Assembly: GCA_963801355.1 (NCBI GenBank)
Contig: CAWDEM010000008.1
Location: forward strand, 256,001-320,000
Length of the DNA: 64,000 nt
DNA from: Ignavibacteriota bacterium
GTDB lineage: Bacteria; Bacteroidota; Ignavibacteria; UBA10030; UBA6906
Direction of reading: 5' to 3'
The position numbers and the translations under genes were made by a program. The notes beneath the pieces were generated by a model, which ran no database searches, was not told the origin of the DNA, and worked only from the letters and a program-made list of their open reading frames with translations. Positions within the stretch are counted from its first letter, which is position 1. Each line of letters begins with the position of its first letter. Below are positions 47,776 through 57,957 of this stretch, piece after piece.

Positions 47776-47811
47776 GCAGCAGGAAGAGAGCACAACCAGG
47801 GCAATCGGACA

Positions 47812-48804
47812 ATGAAGCAGAATCCCAGAGTACAGCTTGCGCAGCTGCCGACGCCCATCGAGCCGTTGGAGAAGATCACAGCGCTGCTTGGCGGGGCGCG
47901 GTTGCTTATCAAGCGGGATGACCAGACAGGACTGGCGCTGGGTGGCAACAAGACCCGGAAGCTTGAATACTTGATCGCGGATGCACTTGCCAGGAACGCC
48001 GATGTCATCCTCACGGCGGGGGCGGCACAATCGAACCACTGCCGGCAGACAGCCGCTGCTGCAACAAAGTTTGGCTTGCGGTGTATGCTTGTGGTCGGTG
48101 GAAGCAAACCGGATATTCCCAACGGCAACCTGTTGCTTGACAGCATGCTCGGCGCGGAAATTCATTGGACCGACAGAGACCGCCGCGGGGAGATGATGGA
48201 AGAGATTGCGACCCGGCTGCAGCGGGAAGGGCACAGACCCTATATCATCCCGATCGGCGGTTCGAACGGTATCGGTGCGCAAGGCTACGTTTCAGCTGCG
48301 CGGGAGGCCGTCGATCAGCTGGCCGCGATGGGCGAGCACGTCGGCACGATGGTAGTCGCTTCAAGTTCCGGCGGCACGCAGGCAGGGCTCGCACTCGGCG
48401 CGAAGCTCGCGGGGTATGAAGGCAGGATCCTCGGTATCAGCATAGACAAAGGGGATCGCGGGCCTGACCGGTACGAAGTTGAGTTGGCTGGGATCGCGAA
48501 TGCCGCCGCGGAAGTGATGGGCGTCAGTGCACGAATGGCACCCGAGGAGTTCTCGGTGGAGTACGGGTATTTGGGTGAGGGGTACGGCATCGTGGGTTCT
48601 CTTGAGCGGGAGGCGCTTTCGCTCTTGGCAAAACAGGAAGCGATCATCCTCGATCCCGTCTACACGGGGCGTGCGTTCGGTGCGCTGCTTGACATGATGC
48701 GCAGAGGTGCGTTCAGAAACGACGGAAGCGGGGGGAGCGTGCTGTTCTGGCATACCGGTGGTGCCGCGGCGTGCTTTGCGTACGCAAAGGACATAGCTAT
48801 CTAG
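47812..48804 (+). CDS. D-cysteine desulfhydrase-like PLP enzyme (ACC deaminase family)
   Basis: 'KRDD..GL..GGNK.RKLEY', 'QSNH', 'GNLLL', 'SSGGTQAG', 'DPVYTG', 'HTGG'; Thr at both diagnostic positions, where true ACC deaminases have Glu and Leu. Confidence 0.88.
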   Translation: MKQNPRVQLAQLPTPIEPLEKITALLGGARLLIKRDDQTGLALGGNKTRKLEYLIADALARNADVILTAGAAQSNHCRQTAAAATKFGLRCMLVVGGSKPDIPNGNLLLDSMLGAEIHWTDRDRRGEMMEEIATRLQREGHRPYIIPIGGSNGIGAQGYVSAAREAVDQLAAMGEHVGTMVVASSSGGTQAGLALGAKLAGYEGRILGISIDKGDRGPDRYEVELAGIANAAAEVMGVSARMAPEEFSVEYGYLGEGYGIVGSLEREALSLLAKQEAIILDPVYTGRAFGALLDMMRRGAFRNDGSGGSVLFWHTGGAAACFAYAKDIAI

Positions 48805-48813
48805 AACGCTGTC

Positions 48814-50206
48814 TCAGCAGATCTTCTTCACAATTTCCGCCTCGCGCCGGTTTGGATTCCGGATCAGTATCAACATGCTCACCATCGCGGTCAACGCGAT
48901 CGCGCTGGTCCCGAAAAAGATCGGCTCGAACGAATACGTATCGGACACCCAACCGATGAGGAAGGTGGAGAGGATTGTCCCGAGACCCGCGCCGGTACCC
49001 GAGATACCGCTGACCGAGGCGACCGAGCCGCTTGGGAAGAGGTCAGACGGCAGGACGAGAATCATTGTCGAGAACGAAGCGTACGCAAACGTGGAGAAGC
49101 CGAAGAGGGCCGCAAGCGCAATGGGGCTGGAGACGAATGCCGTCGTGGAGAGCATCGCCATTCCCAGGCCGCCGAACCAGATCACGGCTTTGCGGGCCTT
49201 GCCGACGGACCACCCACGCCGGATGAGCCAGCTCGACATTCCACCTCCGAAGAAATTGCCGAGATCAGCCGCAAGGAAGGGGATCCAGAACACTAAAATT
49301 CCTTCCTCGATGGCAATGCCCTTTGCCACTAGGAACACAGCAAACCAATCCGCGATGAAGAACCAGACGGGATCAGTGAGAGACCGTCCGATGATCACTC
49401 CCCAGGTCTGGGGGAAGTCTCAGCAGTGCACGCCAGCTGATTTTCGCACCTTCGTCGGATCCCGTAGGATCGTCTGACCGTTCTGTCCGGATCATGGCAA
49501 GTTCTTTTTCGCTGATACGGGGATGCTCCTCCGGCCGATGATACAGGAAACGCCACGCGATCAGCCAGATGAAGCCCAGGGTTCCTGTCAGCACGAACGC
49601 CAGCCGCCACCCACCGAACGTGTGGTAAAGCCAGATGACCAGAAACGGCGCAACGACCGCCCCGACCGACGAGCCGCTGTCGAAAAGGGCAACAGCCCAG
49701 CCGCGCTCGCGCTTGGGGAACCACTCAGCCACCGCCTTCGTCGCACCCGGCCAATTCGCTGACTCGCCCGCCCCCAGAAGAAAACGAAAGATGCAGAAGC
49801 TCCGGAGTCCGCTGGCAAACGATGTCACCATTGCTGCGATGGAATACCAGAGCACAGTCAAGGACAGGCCTTTCCGCGTCCCGATCCTGTCCAGAATCCT
49901 GCCCCAGGCCGCCTGGCCTATCGCATAAGCAACGCGGAAGGAAATAACCACAAGCGCGAAATCCTGATTGTTCCAGTGGTACTCATCCTTCAGAAACGGT
50001 GCCAGCACAGAGAGTGTCTGTCGGTCGATGTAATTGATGACCGTGGAGACAAAAAGCAATCCTCCAATCCACCATCGCAGGGCCGGAAGAGGCCTTACGT
50101 GAAAAGTCCTTCCCGGTACCGGGTTCGTGTTATCCGCTTCGGGCTGCGGAGAAACCGGCGGTTGGGATGGTGTGGAAGCCATCGGATACTTTCTGGCAGA
50201 ACTCAT
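48814..50206 (-). CDS. MFS transporter, ACS/ExuT hexuronate-like; one frameshift at ~49412
   Basis: '[19 protein letters not shown]', 'RFLLG.GES..WP', 'EWFP.RER', 'DPVWFF..DW'. Deleting one base from the G5 run at 49410-49414 joins the two ORFs ([11 protein letters not shown]). Confidence 0.88.
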
Positions 50207-50213
50207 GAGTGTG

Positions 50214-52097
50214 CTACTTGTCGAGTACGGTGAAGGTGTACGACACGGTCTGCTCGAGCGCTCCGGCCGCCGGGATGACATGGATCTCGATGGGAAAGGC
50301 TTTCAGAGCCGGATACGGCCAGCGATACATTTTCCGGTCCCGCCCGGCCATCAGACGCACGTCGCCCGAATCTACGTGGAAGACCACCTCCCGCCGTGAA
50401 CCGGCAATGCGTATCGTTCCGGCATCGGTTTGCCGGTAGGTCATCCCGTTGTGGTCGATCACAGGCTCCACGATGGTAATCTCCGGCTGCGCATCACGAT
50501 AGTGAAGAGTCACGGTCTTCCGGATGGAGGTGTCGGAAATCGTGTGATGCAAAGTATACCCGACCGCTCCGTTCAACCATGTGCTGTCTCTGAGTTCGCC
50601 GGTGGCGGACAAGGTGAAGACCGATGTGTCCTGGCGATGCGTTTCCAGGACAGCATCGTACTCAAACAGATTTGTGTAATAGCCGGTGGAATCCTCATAC
50701 TCGATTCGTGGGGTAAGGCTTTTTAATTCCCCCATCACCGGAAAGCTCATCGGCTCCCATCGATAGTAGAATGTCTGGCTTGATGATTGGAGGGATCCGT
50801 GATCTTTCAGCCACAGATTTGATATGACCCCGCCCGTCGGCCGGTACATGTACTTGCTTCCCGACCGTTTGGCGTAGTCCTTGTAGCGGTACGCCGTCAC
50901 GGTTGCCATGAAATTCTTTGTACGTACCTCGACGACGTCGAGTGTCGGAAAGAGCTTCATCCAGCCGGGCAGTTCGGTCGGAAGTGCTGCGGCAGGCCGT
51001 ACGTCCCGCGTGTCCACCTCATAGGCAAGCGCCAGGTTCTTGGCTTTTGTGAAGGTCGGATATATGCAAGGATCCTTTGAGAAGATATCCCAATAGTGGG
51101 GTCCGTATCCGACCAGTCCATCCTTAACGTTCGTTCTCAGATAAGCGAGGTTCATGACCGCAGCAGATGCAAAGCGGGGATCGTCATCCGCGAACAAGGC
51201 AAAAAGTACCTGACAGCCATCGGAAGTTGCGCTTCCGTAGGTCGTCCACTTGTTGGAACGAATTCCCCAGGATCCATCCATGGAGCCGTCCGGATAGATG
51301 AAATACAGGTGATTGGCAAGCGATGTTCGCACCCGTTCCCTGACGCGTTCGTCGCCGGTAAGCCAGGCATAATACCCCAGGCCCCAGAGCGACATCTCCA
51401 TATCGTATCCCAGGTCCACGCCCAACTTGTTTCCGAGGCGGCCCCGTCCGCCCTCCGCGCTGATAAATCCATCGCGATCCATCTTCGCTATGGTCCGGCG
51501 GGCGAGTTCTTTCGCCCTTCCCGAATAATCGCTTTTGGGTATCAATGTGTATGTGGAAGCCAGGGATGCGGCAGTGGTGGCGCAATAGTTGATGCTGGCA
51601 AATTCCGGGGTCATCACTCTGGTGAGATAGTCGGCGGCCTTCTCTATCGAAGTCTTCCAGGCGATCCGTTGCCTCTCATTGAGCAGGCCGGACAGATGGC
51701 TGTACGCCAGCACCATCATCAGCAGTTGATCGGTCGTGGTTCCGGTCCACTCTTCAGGAGTCTCCTTCCAGCTGCCGTCCTTCTGCTGCTGTTTGATCAG
51801 CCAATCACCGAGAGCAACGGCAGAGCGCGCATACTGTGCGTCTCCGGAGATGCGGGAGGCTACCGCAAATGGATAGAGTGCTTCTGCCGCACGAGTGTGG
51901 AGAACCCCGCAGTGATCGCATCGCAGAGCCCCGTAGTTTTCGTCTGCCTTGTCCGCGATCTGTCGGCTCGTCAGCGCAGGCACAAACTCCATCAACGTGG
52001 ATGCAAGCTCTTTCCGCAGAGCGATATCATGCGAGGATTGGGCGCATGCGGAAGCCGCGGAAACCAACAGGAGCAGAAGTAGTATACGCTGACGCAT
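50214..52097 (-). CDS. Secreted hypothetical protein, probable (alpha/alpha) toroid + beta-sandwich carbohydrate-active enzyme
   Basis: Signal [19 protein letters not shown]; 'HTRAAEA', 'QQKDGSW', 'INY', '[10 protein letters not shown]', 'YPDGS.DGSWG.RSNKWT.YGS..SDG'; lies in an operon with GH28 and the MFS gene. Confidence 0.6.
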   Translation of the reverse strand: MRQRILLLLLLVSAASACAQSSHDIALRKELASTLMEFVPALTSRQIADKADENYGALRCDHCGVLHTRAAEALYPFAVASRISGDAQYARSAVALGDWLIKQQQKDGSWKETPEEWTGTTTDQLLMMVLAYSHLSGLLNERQRIAWKTSIEKAADYLTRVMTPEFASINYCATTAASLASTYTLIPKSDYSGRAKELARRTIAKMDRDGFISAEGGRGRLGNKLGVDLGYDMEMSLWGLGYYAWLTGDERVRERVRTSLANHLYFIYPDGSMDGSWGIRSNKWTTYGSATSDGCQVLFALFADDDPRFASAAVMNLAYLRTNVKDGLVGYGPHYWDIFSKDPCIYPTFTKAKNLALAYEVDTRDVRPAAALPTELPGWMKLFPTLDVVEVRTKNFMATVTAYRYKDYAKRSGSKYMYRPTGGVISNLWLKDHGSLQSSSQTFYYRWEPMSFPVMGELKSLTPRIEYEDSTGYYTNLFEYDAVLETHRQDTSVFTLSATGELRDSTWLNGAVGYTLHHTISDTSIRKTVTLHYRDAQPEITIVEPVIDHNGMTYRQTDAGTIRIAGSRREVVFHVDSGDVRLMAGRDRKMYRWPYPALKAFPIEIHVIPAAGALEQTVSYTFTVLDK

Positions 52098-52157
52098 GAA
52101 TGAACTCCCGTGCCATGGTTCACGTAAACCGGCCATCAATTGCAGCAGACACACCAC

Positions 52158-53773
52158 CTATCGGAAATTTCCCTCCGAGACCACGCCCACACCGCGTTCC
52201 GCCGTGAAGTCCTTCGTGACGTTGCGAAAGAGATTCCCATGCAGGAAGATGTCCCGGGACCGGCTCCCGCGAACCTGCAAAAAGGTTTCTGTCCGTGATG
52301 CGGGCGCAGAATGCCGGATGGTAATGGCACGCGAGTCTTCAACCGTGATGAATGCTTCGCTGAGGGAGTCCACATCCGCGCGAAGTCCGTCGACGATCCC
52401 GTTCTCCACGTCCACCAGGCGTACGACAGGACGCATGTCCCGCGTCTTGCAGTCGAGCGTCCAGTCTACTACAGAAATGCCGCGGGCATGACGGACGTAC
52501 AGCCCGTATGCAGGCAACTTGTCCCATGCAGTGCTCTCGGGATAGATGTCCTCGAGTTCAGGCATTTCCTTTTCCGCATCCGCTGCAGTGCCACCGCCGG
52601 CATACGTGACACGGATGTTGCTCAGTCTGACGTTTTCTACCGGATGACCCGGGATGCCGCTGACGGAGCATCCGATTGCCCCTGCATTGCTGACGATCAG
52701 ATCGTGAACAGAAATATTTCGCACGACCCCGGCAGGCGGAACCGGGGCTGACGGCGTGTACTTCCTTGCACGGTTCCCGAGTCTCACATACACAGGTACC
52801 CGGGGTCCATCAATCGTGATATTCCCGATAGTGATCCCTTCCATGATTCCCCCGTCGACCACCGCGAGGGTAATCCCGCTGATCCCCGCAGCATGTCCCG
52901 ACAACACCGTATCGGCCATCGAGGGCTTCACCACGATATTCGACACCGTGATGTTGCGGAATCCGCCGGTGGATTCGGTACCGCATTTGATGGCATTACA
53001 GTGACTGCTCAGGATGCAGTTGGTGATCGTGACATTCTCGGTCATAAGGGGTGAAGTGCTCTTAAGCGTGATAGCATCATCATCGGTATCCCCGATGCAG
53101 TCGGAGATCACGACATTCTTGCATCCGTCGATATCCATCATGTCGTTGTTCTTGTTGGCGTGGTTGTACACCCTGATCCCGTGGATGATCAGGTTGTCAC
53201 ACCCGAGGTAGTGTTGCATCCACATGGCGGAGTTCCGCATAGTGATCCCCTGGATGCGCACGGAAGTGCATCCCACGAAACGGAGAAGGTACGGCCGGTT
53301 CATGTAACGGTCCGGTCTGACCGTCGTTGTAACCTTGAACGCGCCTCCCTGACCATCGATTGCTCCTTCACCACGAATCGAGATATTCTCCGCTCTCTCA
53401 GCATAGAACAGGCTGTATTTCAAGAAGACGTCATTGTACGAACGGAAAGCCGGAACATGCTCTGCATAGTCCTTCAGGTCCTTGCTCCCCAGAATCACTG
53501 CTCCGGCTGCTATGTAGAGATCGACATTGCTTTTTAGGTCGATGGAGCCTGTCAGGAAATTCCCCGCAGGGACAAACACCGTCCCGCCCTGGCTTGCACA
53601 ACGGTCGATAGCCGACTGAAGCGCCTTTGTATCCAGAGTGACGCCGTCCCCTACCGCCCCGAAATCCCGGACGTTGTATGAAATGCCGGATTGACTGGCG
53701 AGGGATGCTGCTCCGCAGAGCATGAGCAATCCGGTCAGAAGCATCGTATTTCGAAGACGCGTTGTCATATTCA
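52158..53773 (-). CDS. GH28 polygalacturonase-family glycoside hydrolase
   Basis: 'NVRDFGAVGDG..LDT.ALQ.AID', 'NNDMMDIDGC', 'DDDAITLKS', 'CNAIKCGTES'. Start uncertain (53816, 53773 or 53767). Confidence 0.9.
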
Positions 53774-53812
53774 TGCCGGTTGGATCGAGCTCCGAAAGAA
53801 GTGGCTGACGGA

Positions 53813-56339
53813 TCATGGGACCCGGGTCATCACAATTTCTGTGAGGACTCCCGGAGGAAGCGTCAAGGGGACATGTTCACCTGGCGTTGTCACAGAGACG
53901 GTTGTCTTGACGATCCGGCCTTGTGATCGCAGTTCCAGCGTGTAGCGGCCACGTGCAAGCCGCCAGGGCCTCATGATCACCTTTGTATCCCCATCATTAA
54001 AGTTGAACGCATCCACAGTCAGGAGAGATTCAGTCGAGGTTTTGGCGAGAATGGCCAGATGTTCGTTTGTCTCGCGCCATGACACGGCAAAGTAGGGGGA
54101 ATTACCCTCGGGAGTGGCATCTCCGGAGATCATGGCTTTGAGATGTTCTGTGCCCGGGATCCTGACCCGGTCTGTGTGCATCACCAGCGATGTCCGGAGG
54201 GGAGCATTGTAGCGAAGTGTCTCGAGCAGCTCAAGCAGTCCATCTTCGAGAGATTCCTCGCCCTTTGTGAGCTGGTATTTGAGATAGGGTGTACTCTGTT
54301 TCGCAATGAGGTCGTCGAAGGCGTCATTTCCCGTGAGCATCCGCCATTTCTGCACGGTCGACCAGAAGGCATTGTTGCGGAGCAAACATTCGGCTACCCA
54401 TGGTTCGCTTCCCGGCTCGAAAGTGCGCTTGCTGAGGTCTTTCTGAGCGGCCAGCTGGTTCTTCACGAGCTGTAGAGTAAGTTCCATCGGGCGGAGCAGG
54501 GAATCGTTGCCGGTAAGACCGTACGTGAACACCAGGTGGTCCAGAATGGTCCCGCCGCACCTGCTGGACCAGGAATAATAGTCCCACATCATGTTAGGCT
54601 CGTACCAAGTGGGTTCATCGCCGTTGATCGCTTCATCGGACCAGCGGATCGACGCCGGGACGATGCCTGCCGGTTTTCCTTTGTCGGTACGGAGGGAGGC
54701 GGAGAGCCATGCACGCGCCCATTCATCGGTCAACCGTACATACCGTTCGTCGCGGGTCGCCCAGGCAAGGTAGCGCAACGGTTTCAGCGCGCGGGAGTTC
54801 ATCTCCAGATCACGATTGCGGGGAGGACGTTCGTCGATGCCGGTTGCCCCGAGCCATGCCGACTTGAAGAAGCGGTGGCCGTATCTGTTCTTCGCAGACC
54901 AGAGGTGTTCGAAGTAATCGGGGGTGAACATCAATCGTTTCAGGTAGGTGGAGTCATCGTCGACGAGCAGCAGCTCGGGGGTGGAATCTGAAATGAACTC
55001 AGCCGAATGTTCGACATCCCGCACGTATTTTGAGTATCCATTGTGCACACGCGGATTAACCCAGACGGCATCGGCAAGTCGCTTCCACCCGCGTATGGTC
55101 GTCTCATCGCCGAAGAGCAACATCGGAATCCACGTACGCAGGATTTCCACATCGTCGTCGATCTTCCCTCCCAATTCACCGTTGGCGCTCTGGCGCGTGT
55201 TGACCCACCAATCGATTTCGAATTTGAGGCGGCTGATCGCCTCGCGCTCCAGCACGGCCCAGCGGGGAGGATTCGCCGGTGCAGGGAGATGGTCGCTGGG
55301 ATCGGGGAGGTCGATCCGCCGCCCGTTCAGCATGGCCAGCGTCCGATCCTCCGGGTACCGCCCAAGCAGCCAGCGGAGATCCTCGCGTCCGATTCGCGCC
55401 TGATACCATCCTCCTCGTTCGAGCACCAGATCGTAACAGAGTTTTCCCCTGACCCAGCGTGCACGTTCGATCAGGGGATTCGTTTCCTGCGGGAAGTTCT
55501 CGATGTTCGCGTCGAGCAGCATCAACGCCTGGTGCATGCGATCGAAGATCGATACTCCGGTGATCTGCGTGGCCCACTCCCATCCCTCCATGTTCCTCAG
55601 GCGCTCTGCTTCGGCCAGCAGTCCCATCTGCTGGCGCCAGTAGAACAGTCGTTCATCCGAAGGATTGTTTTCCAGTTCAATGGTCAACGCGCGGAAGAGT
55701 GCCTCGGAGGAGACAGTCGACCCGTATTTCCCGGCATCCGTAATCAACCGGCCGGGCTTCGAATCCGGGATAGGGGCACTGCCGTCGCCGGGTATGAATG
55801 TGCATCCGAGCAGCCGGACGGAATCCCGTACGCCGCGCAACTCGAACGAAAGTCCGGGAGCGGTCAGAGCAGAATTGAGATGGATGACCCTGTAGACGGC
55901 AGAGGGCGCGGTTCGGCCTTCTTCGTCCGGTTTCAGCATGTGCCAAACGACCGGGCGGGGACTGCCGTTGATGCTGAGGAGCGTCGTTGCAGAATCTTCG
56001 TATCCAACTTCCATCCAGAACGTGAACCACCAATCACCTTTCGGAAGATCGATGCGAAAGTTGAAGTCTTCGCGGTCACTCCGTCGGAGGTCAACTCGTC
56101 ACGCAGCGTTCCGTTGCGTTCCTTCTCTTTCGTGAATGCGGAGTCCACCGGAGTGGTCCATCCGAATCCTCGAGCCTCGGTGTACGGATCAGCCGCCGTG
56201 AGCGGAATTGAAAACCGTTCGACGGTGCCTCCTGCGGGTCCCGCGTCAAACGCGTACGGCCTTGTTGTCAGTTCTGCAGCAAGGAGGGGAGGAAGGAGAA
56301 GAGCGAGGAGCGGGGCAACGTGAAAGCCCTGATGCGCAT
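53813..56339 (-). CDS. Secreted hypothetical protein with N-terminal galactose-binding-like domain; frameshifts at ~56323 and ~56068
   Basis: Reconstructed N-terminus 'MRIRAF-HVAPLLALLLPPLLAA..YAFDAGP..YTEARGFGW..DELTSDGV..FRIDLPKGDW' joins ORF 53813..56014, which has 'GELGG..DDDVE' and 'DVEHSAE'. Confidence 0.6.
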
Positions 56340-56370
56340 GTGTTGAGTCCCTGTGGCCATGGTTAAAAGA

Positions 56371-56400
56371 AGTATACGCAATTCAGAAAGCGAATGTCAA
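56371..56400 (-). promoter_or_regulatory. Sigma70-type promoter TTGACA-18-TATACT for the leftward catabolic operon
   Basis: Near-consensus hexamers about 30 nt upstream of ATG 56339. Confidence 0.65.
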
Positions 56401-56687
56401 GGCACACTCGCATGATCGCATCGCCCGCGTGATCGCGTCGCGATGGATGTCGTCGCAATCGCCATGAGTGCAGGGAACCCATCCAGCAGCACGAACGTTG
56501 AGAATAGCAAAATGAATTCCGAATCCGGCGACAGCAATTCCTCCGGGAAAGGTCTTCACAGGACTCGCATCCGGTGTGCACAGCATCCTGCGGGGTGCGA
56601 ATGAAGAGAAGAAGTGAGGATGTCTCATCCGGGATCGTATCCCTGAGAATGTACTCTAGGTATTTCCTGCGATCCCAAAAATAATGC

Positions 56688-56749
56688 TTGATTTTCTTTG
56701 AGCTTTGCAGTATGTTTCCCCTGGTTTACCAGGTATACCAGGTATATCC
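56688..56749 (+). promoter_or_regulatory. Promoter TTGATT-17-TATGTT with downstream 3 x 9-bp GGTWTAYCM repeats (putative operator)
   Basis: GGTTTACCA GGTATACCA GGTATATCC at 56723-56749, overlapping the predicted start site of the regulator gene. Confidence 0.55.
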
Positions 56750-56784
56750 CTCAGAGCTTTTCCGAATCGGTGGACGCGCAAAAA

Positions 56785-57914
56785 ATGCCAGTGGATCTGA
56801 AGAAACCCGCACCTCTCTACTTGCAGATCGCGGAAGATATCAGCTCCAGGATCGGTTCCGGGACCGTTCACATCGGTGACCAACTCGGTTCGCAACAGGA
56901 ACTCTCCCGTGAGTACAGGGTGAGCCTGATGACGGTGAAGAAGGCGCTCTCGCATCTGGCGCATCAAGGTTGGATCTACAGCCGGGTGGGGAAGGGATCT
57001 TACGTCGCCAGACAGTCGCCGCAGCCGCAGCCGGTGATCCACCATTCCATCGGGATCGTCCTCGAGAACCTCCAGAGTGCGTTCTTCTCGATGATCGTGC
57101 AGGCCGCCGAGGAAGCCGCGTACCACAAGGGGTACAATGTTCTCCTTTCCAATTCTTCAGGAGAAACGGAAAAAGAAGAGCGACAGATCCGGCATTTCCG
57201 GGAAATAGGCGTGAGCGGGCTGATCATCGCGTCCCTCCGTCACGTGTACCATGCGACGCCGACGATCCAGATGCTGCGTCGGGAGGAATTTCCCTTTGTG
57301 ATGGTCTCCTACATGGAGGACCGGGAAATCCCGTTCGTCGGGACTGATCATGAAGAGGGCGGTTACATGGCCGCAAAACATCTCCTGGGACAAGGATACA
57401 AACGGATCGGGTACGTCAACGCCGAGCGGGGAAACCTCGTCGGCGAATTGCGGAAGAAGGGATTTGTCCGTGCTCTCCGCGAGGCGGGGGAGATCTGGAT
57501 CCGCGGTTTCACTTTCGCATTCCGGTCCACGGCGTCAGGGACTACTTTCAGGGCGGCTATGAGATCGGACAGAGGCTCGCACGTTCGCCGGGCCAGCGTC
57601 CCGATGCTCTCTTCCCCTACAACGATTCCACAGCGCTCGGTTTCGAAAAGGCGGCAATTGAAGCGGGCCTCTGCATTCCGGACGACATCGCGATCATAGG
57701 ATTCGACAACATCGAGCAGGGGAAGTACGCCGCCGTGCCGCTGACGACGATACAACAGCCTACGGCACGCATTGGCGCTCAGGCCTTCAACGTTCTGTTC
57801 GGAAAAATCGAGGGGAGAGAAGTTCAGGTGCGCACGGTCTTCTTGCCGGGGCTCGTCATCCGGGAGTCCTGTGGCTGCGGCGCTGCTACGGCTGTGCCGG
57901 GGACGCGGTTGTAA
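56785..57914 (+). CDS. GntR-HTH / LacI-type sugar-binding transcriptional regulator (AraR-like); frameshift at ~57490
   Basis: 'PLYLQIAE.I...I', 'VSLMTVKKAL', 'GKGSYV', then LacI core. Adding one G to the run at 57486-57490 restores 'PDALF.YND..ALG...IPDDIAIIGFDN...PLTTIQQP...LVIRESCG'. Confidence 0.88.
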
Positions 57915-57957
57915 CCACTGATTCAAGACAACTTCAACAAACCGCGCAGGAGTCGTG

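Noticed and set aside
47812-48804. ACC deaminase (acdS)
   Set aside because: It has DPVYTG and HTGG; true ACC deaminases have DPVYEG and HLGG.
56363-56628. Small ORFs in the divergent intergenic region
   Set aside because: No SD or motif support, and they overlap the predicted promoter at 56371-56400.
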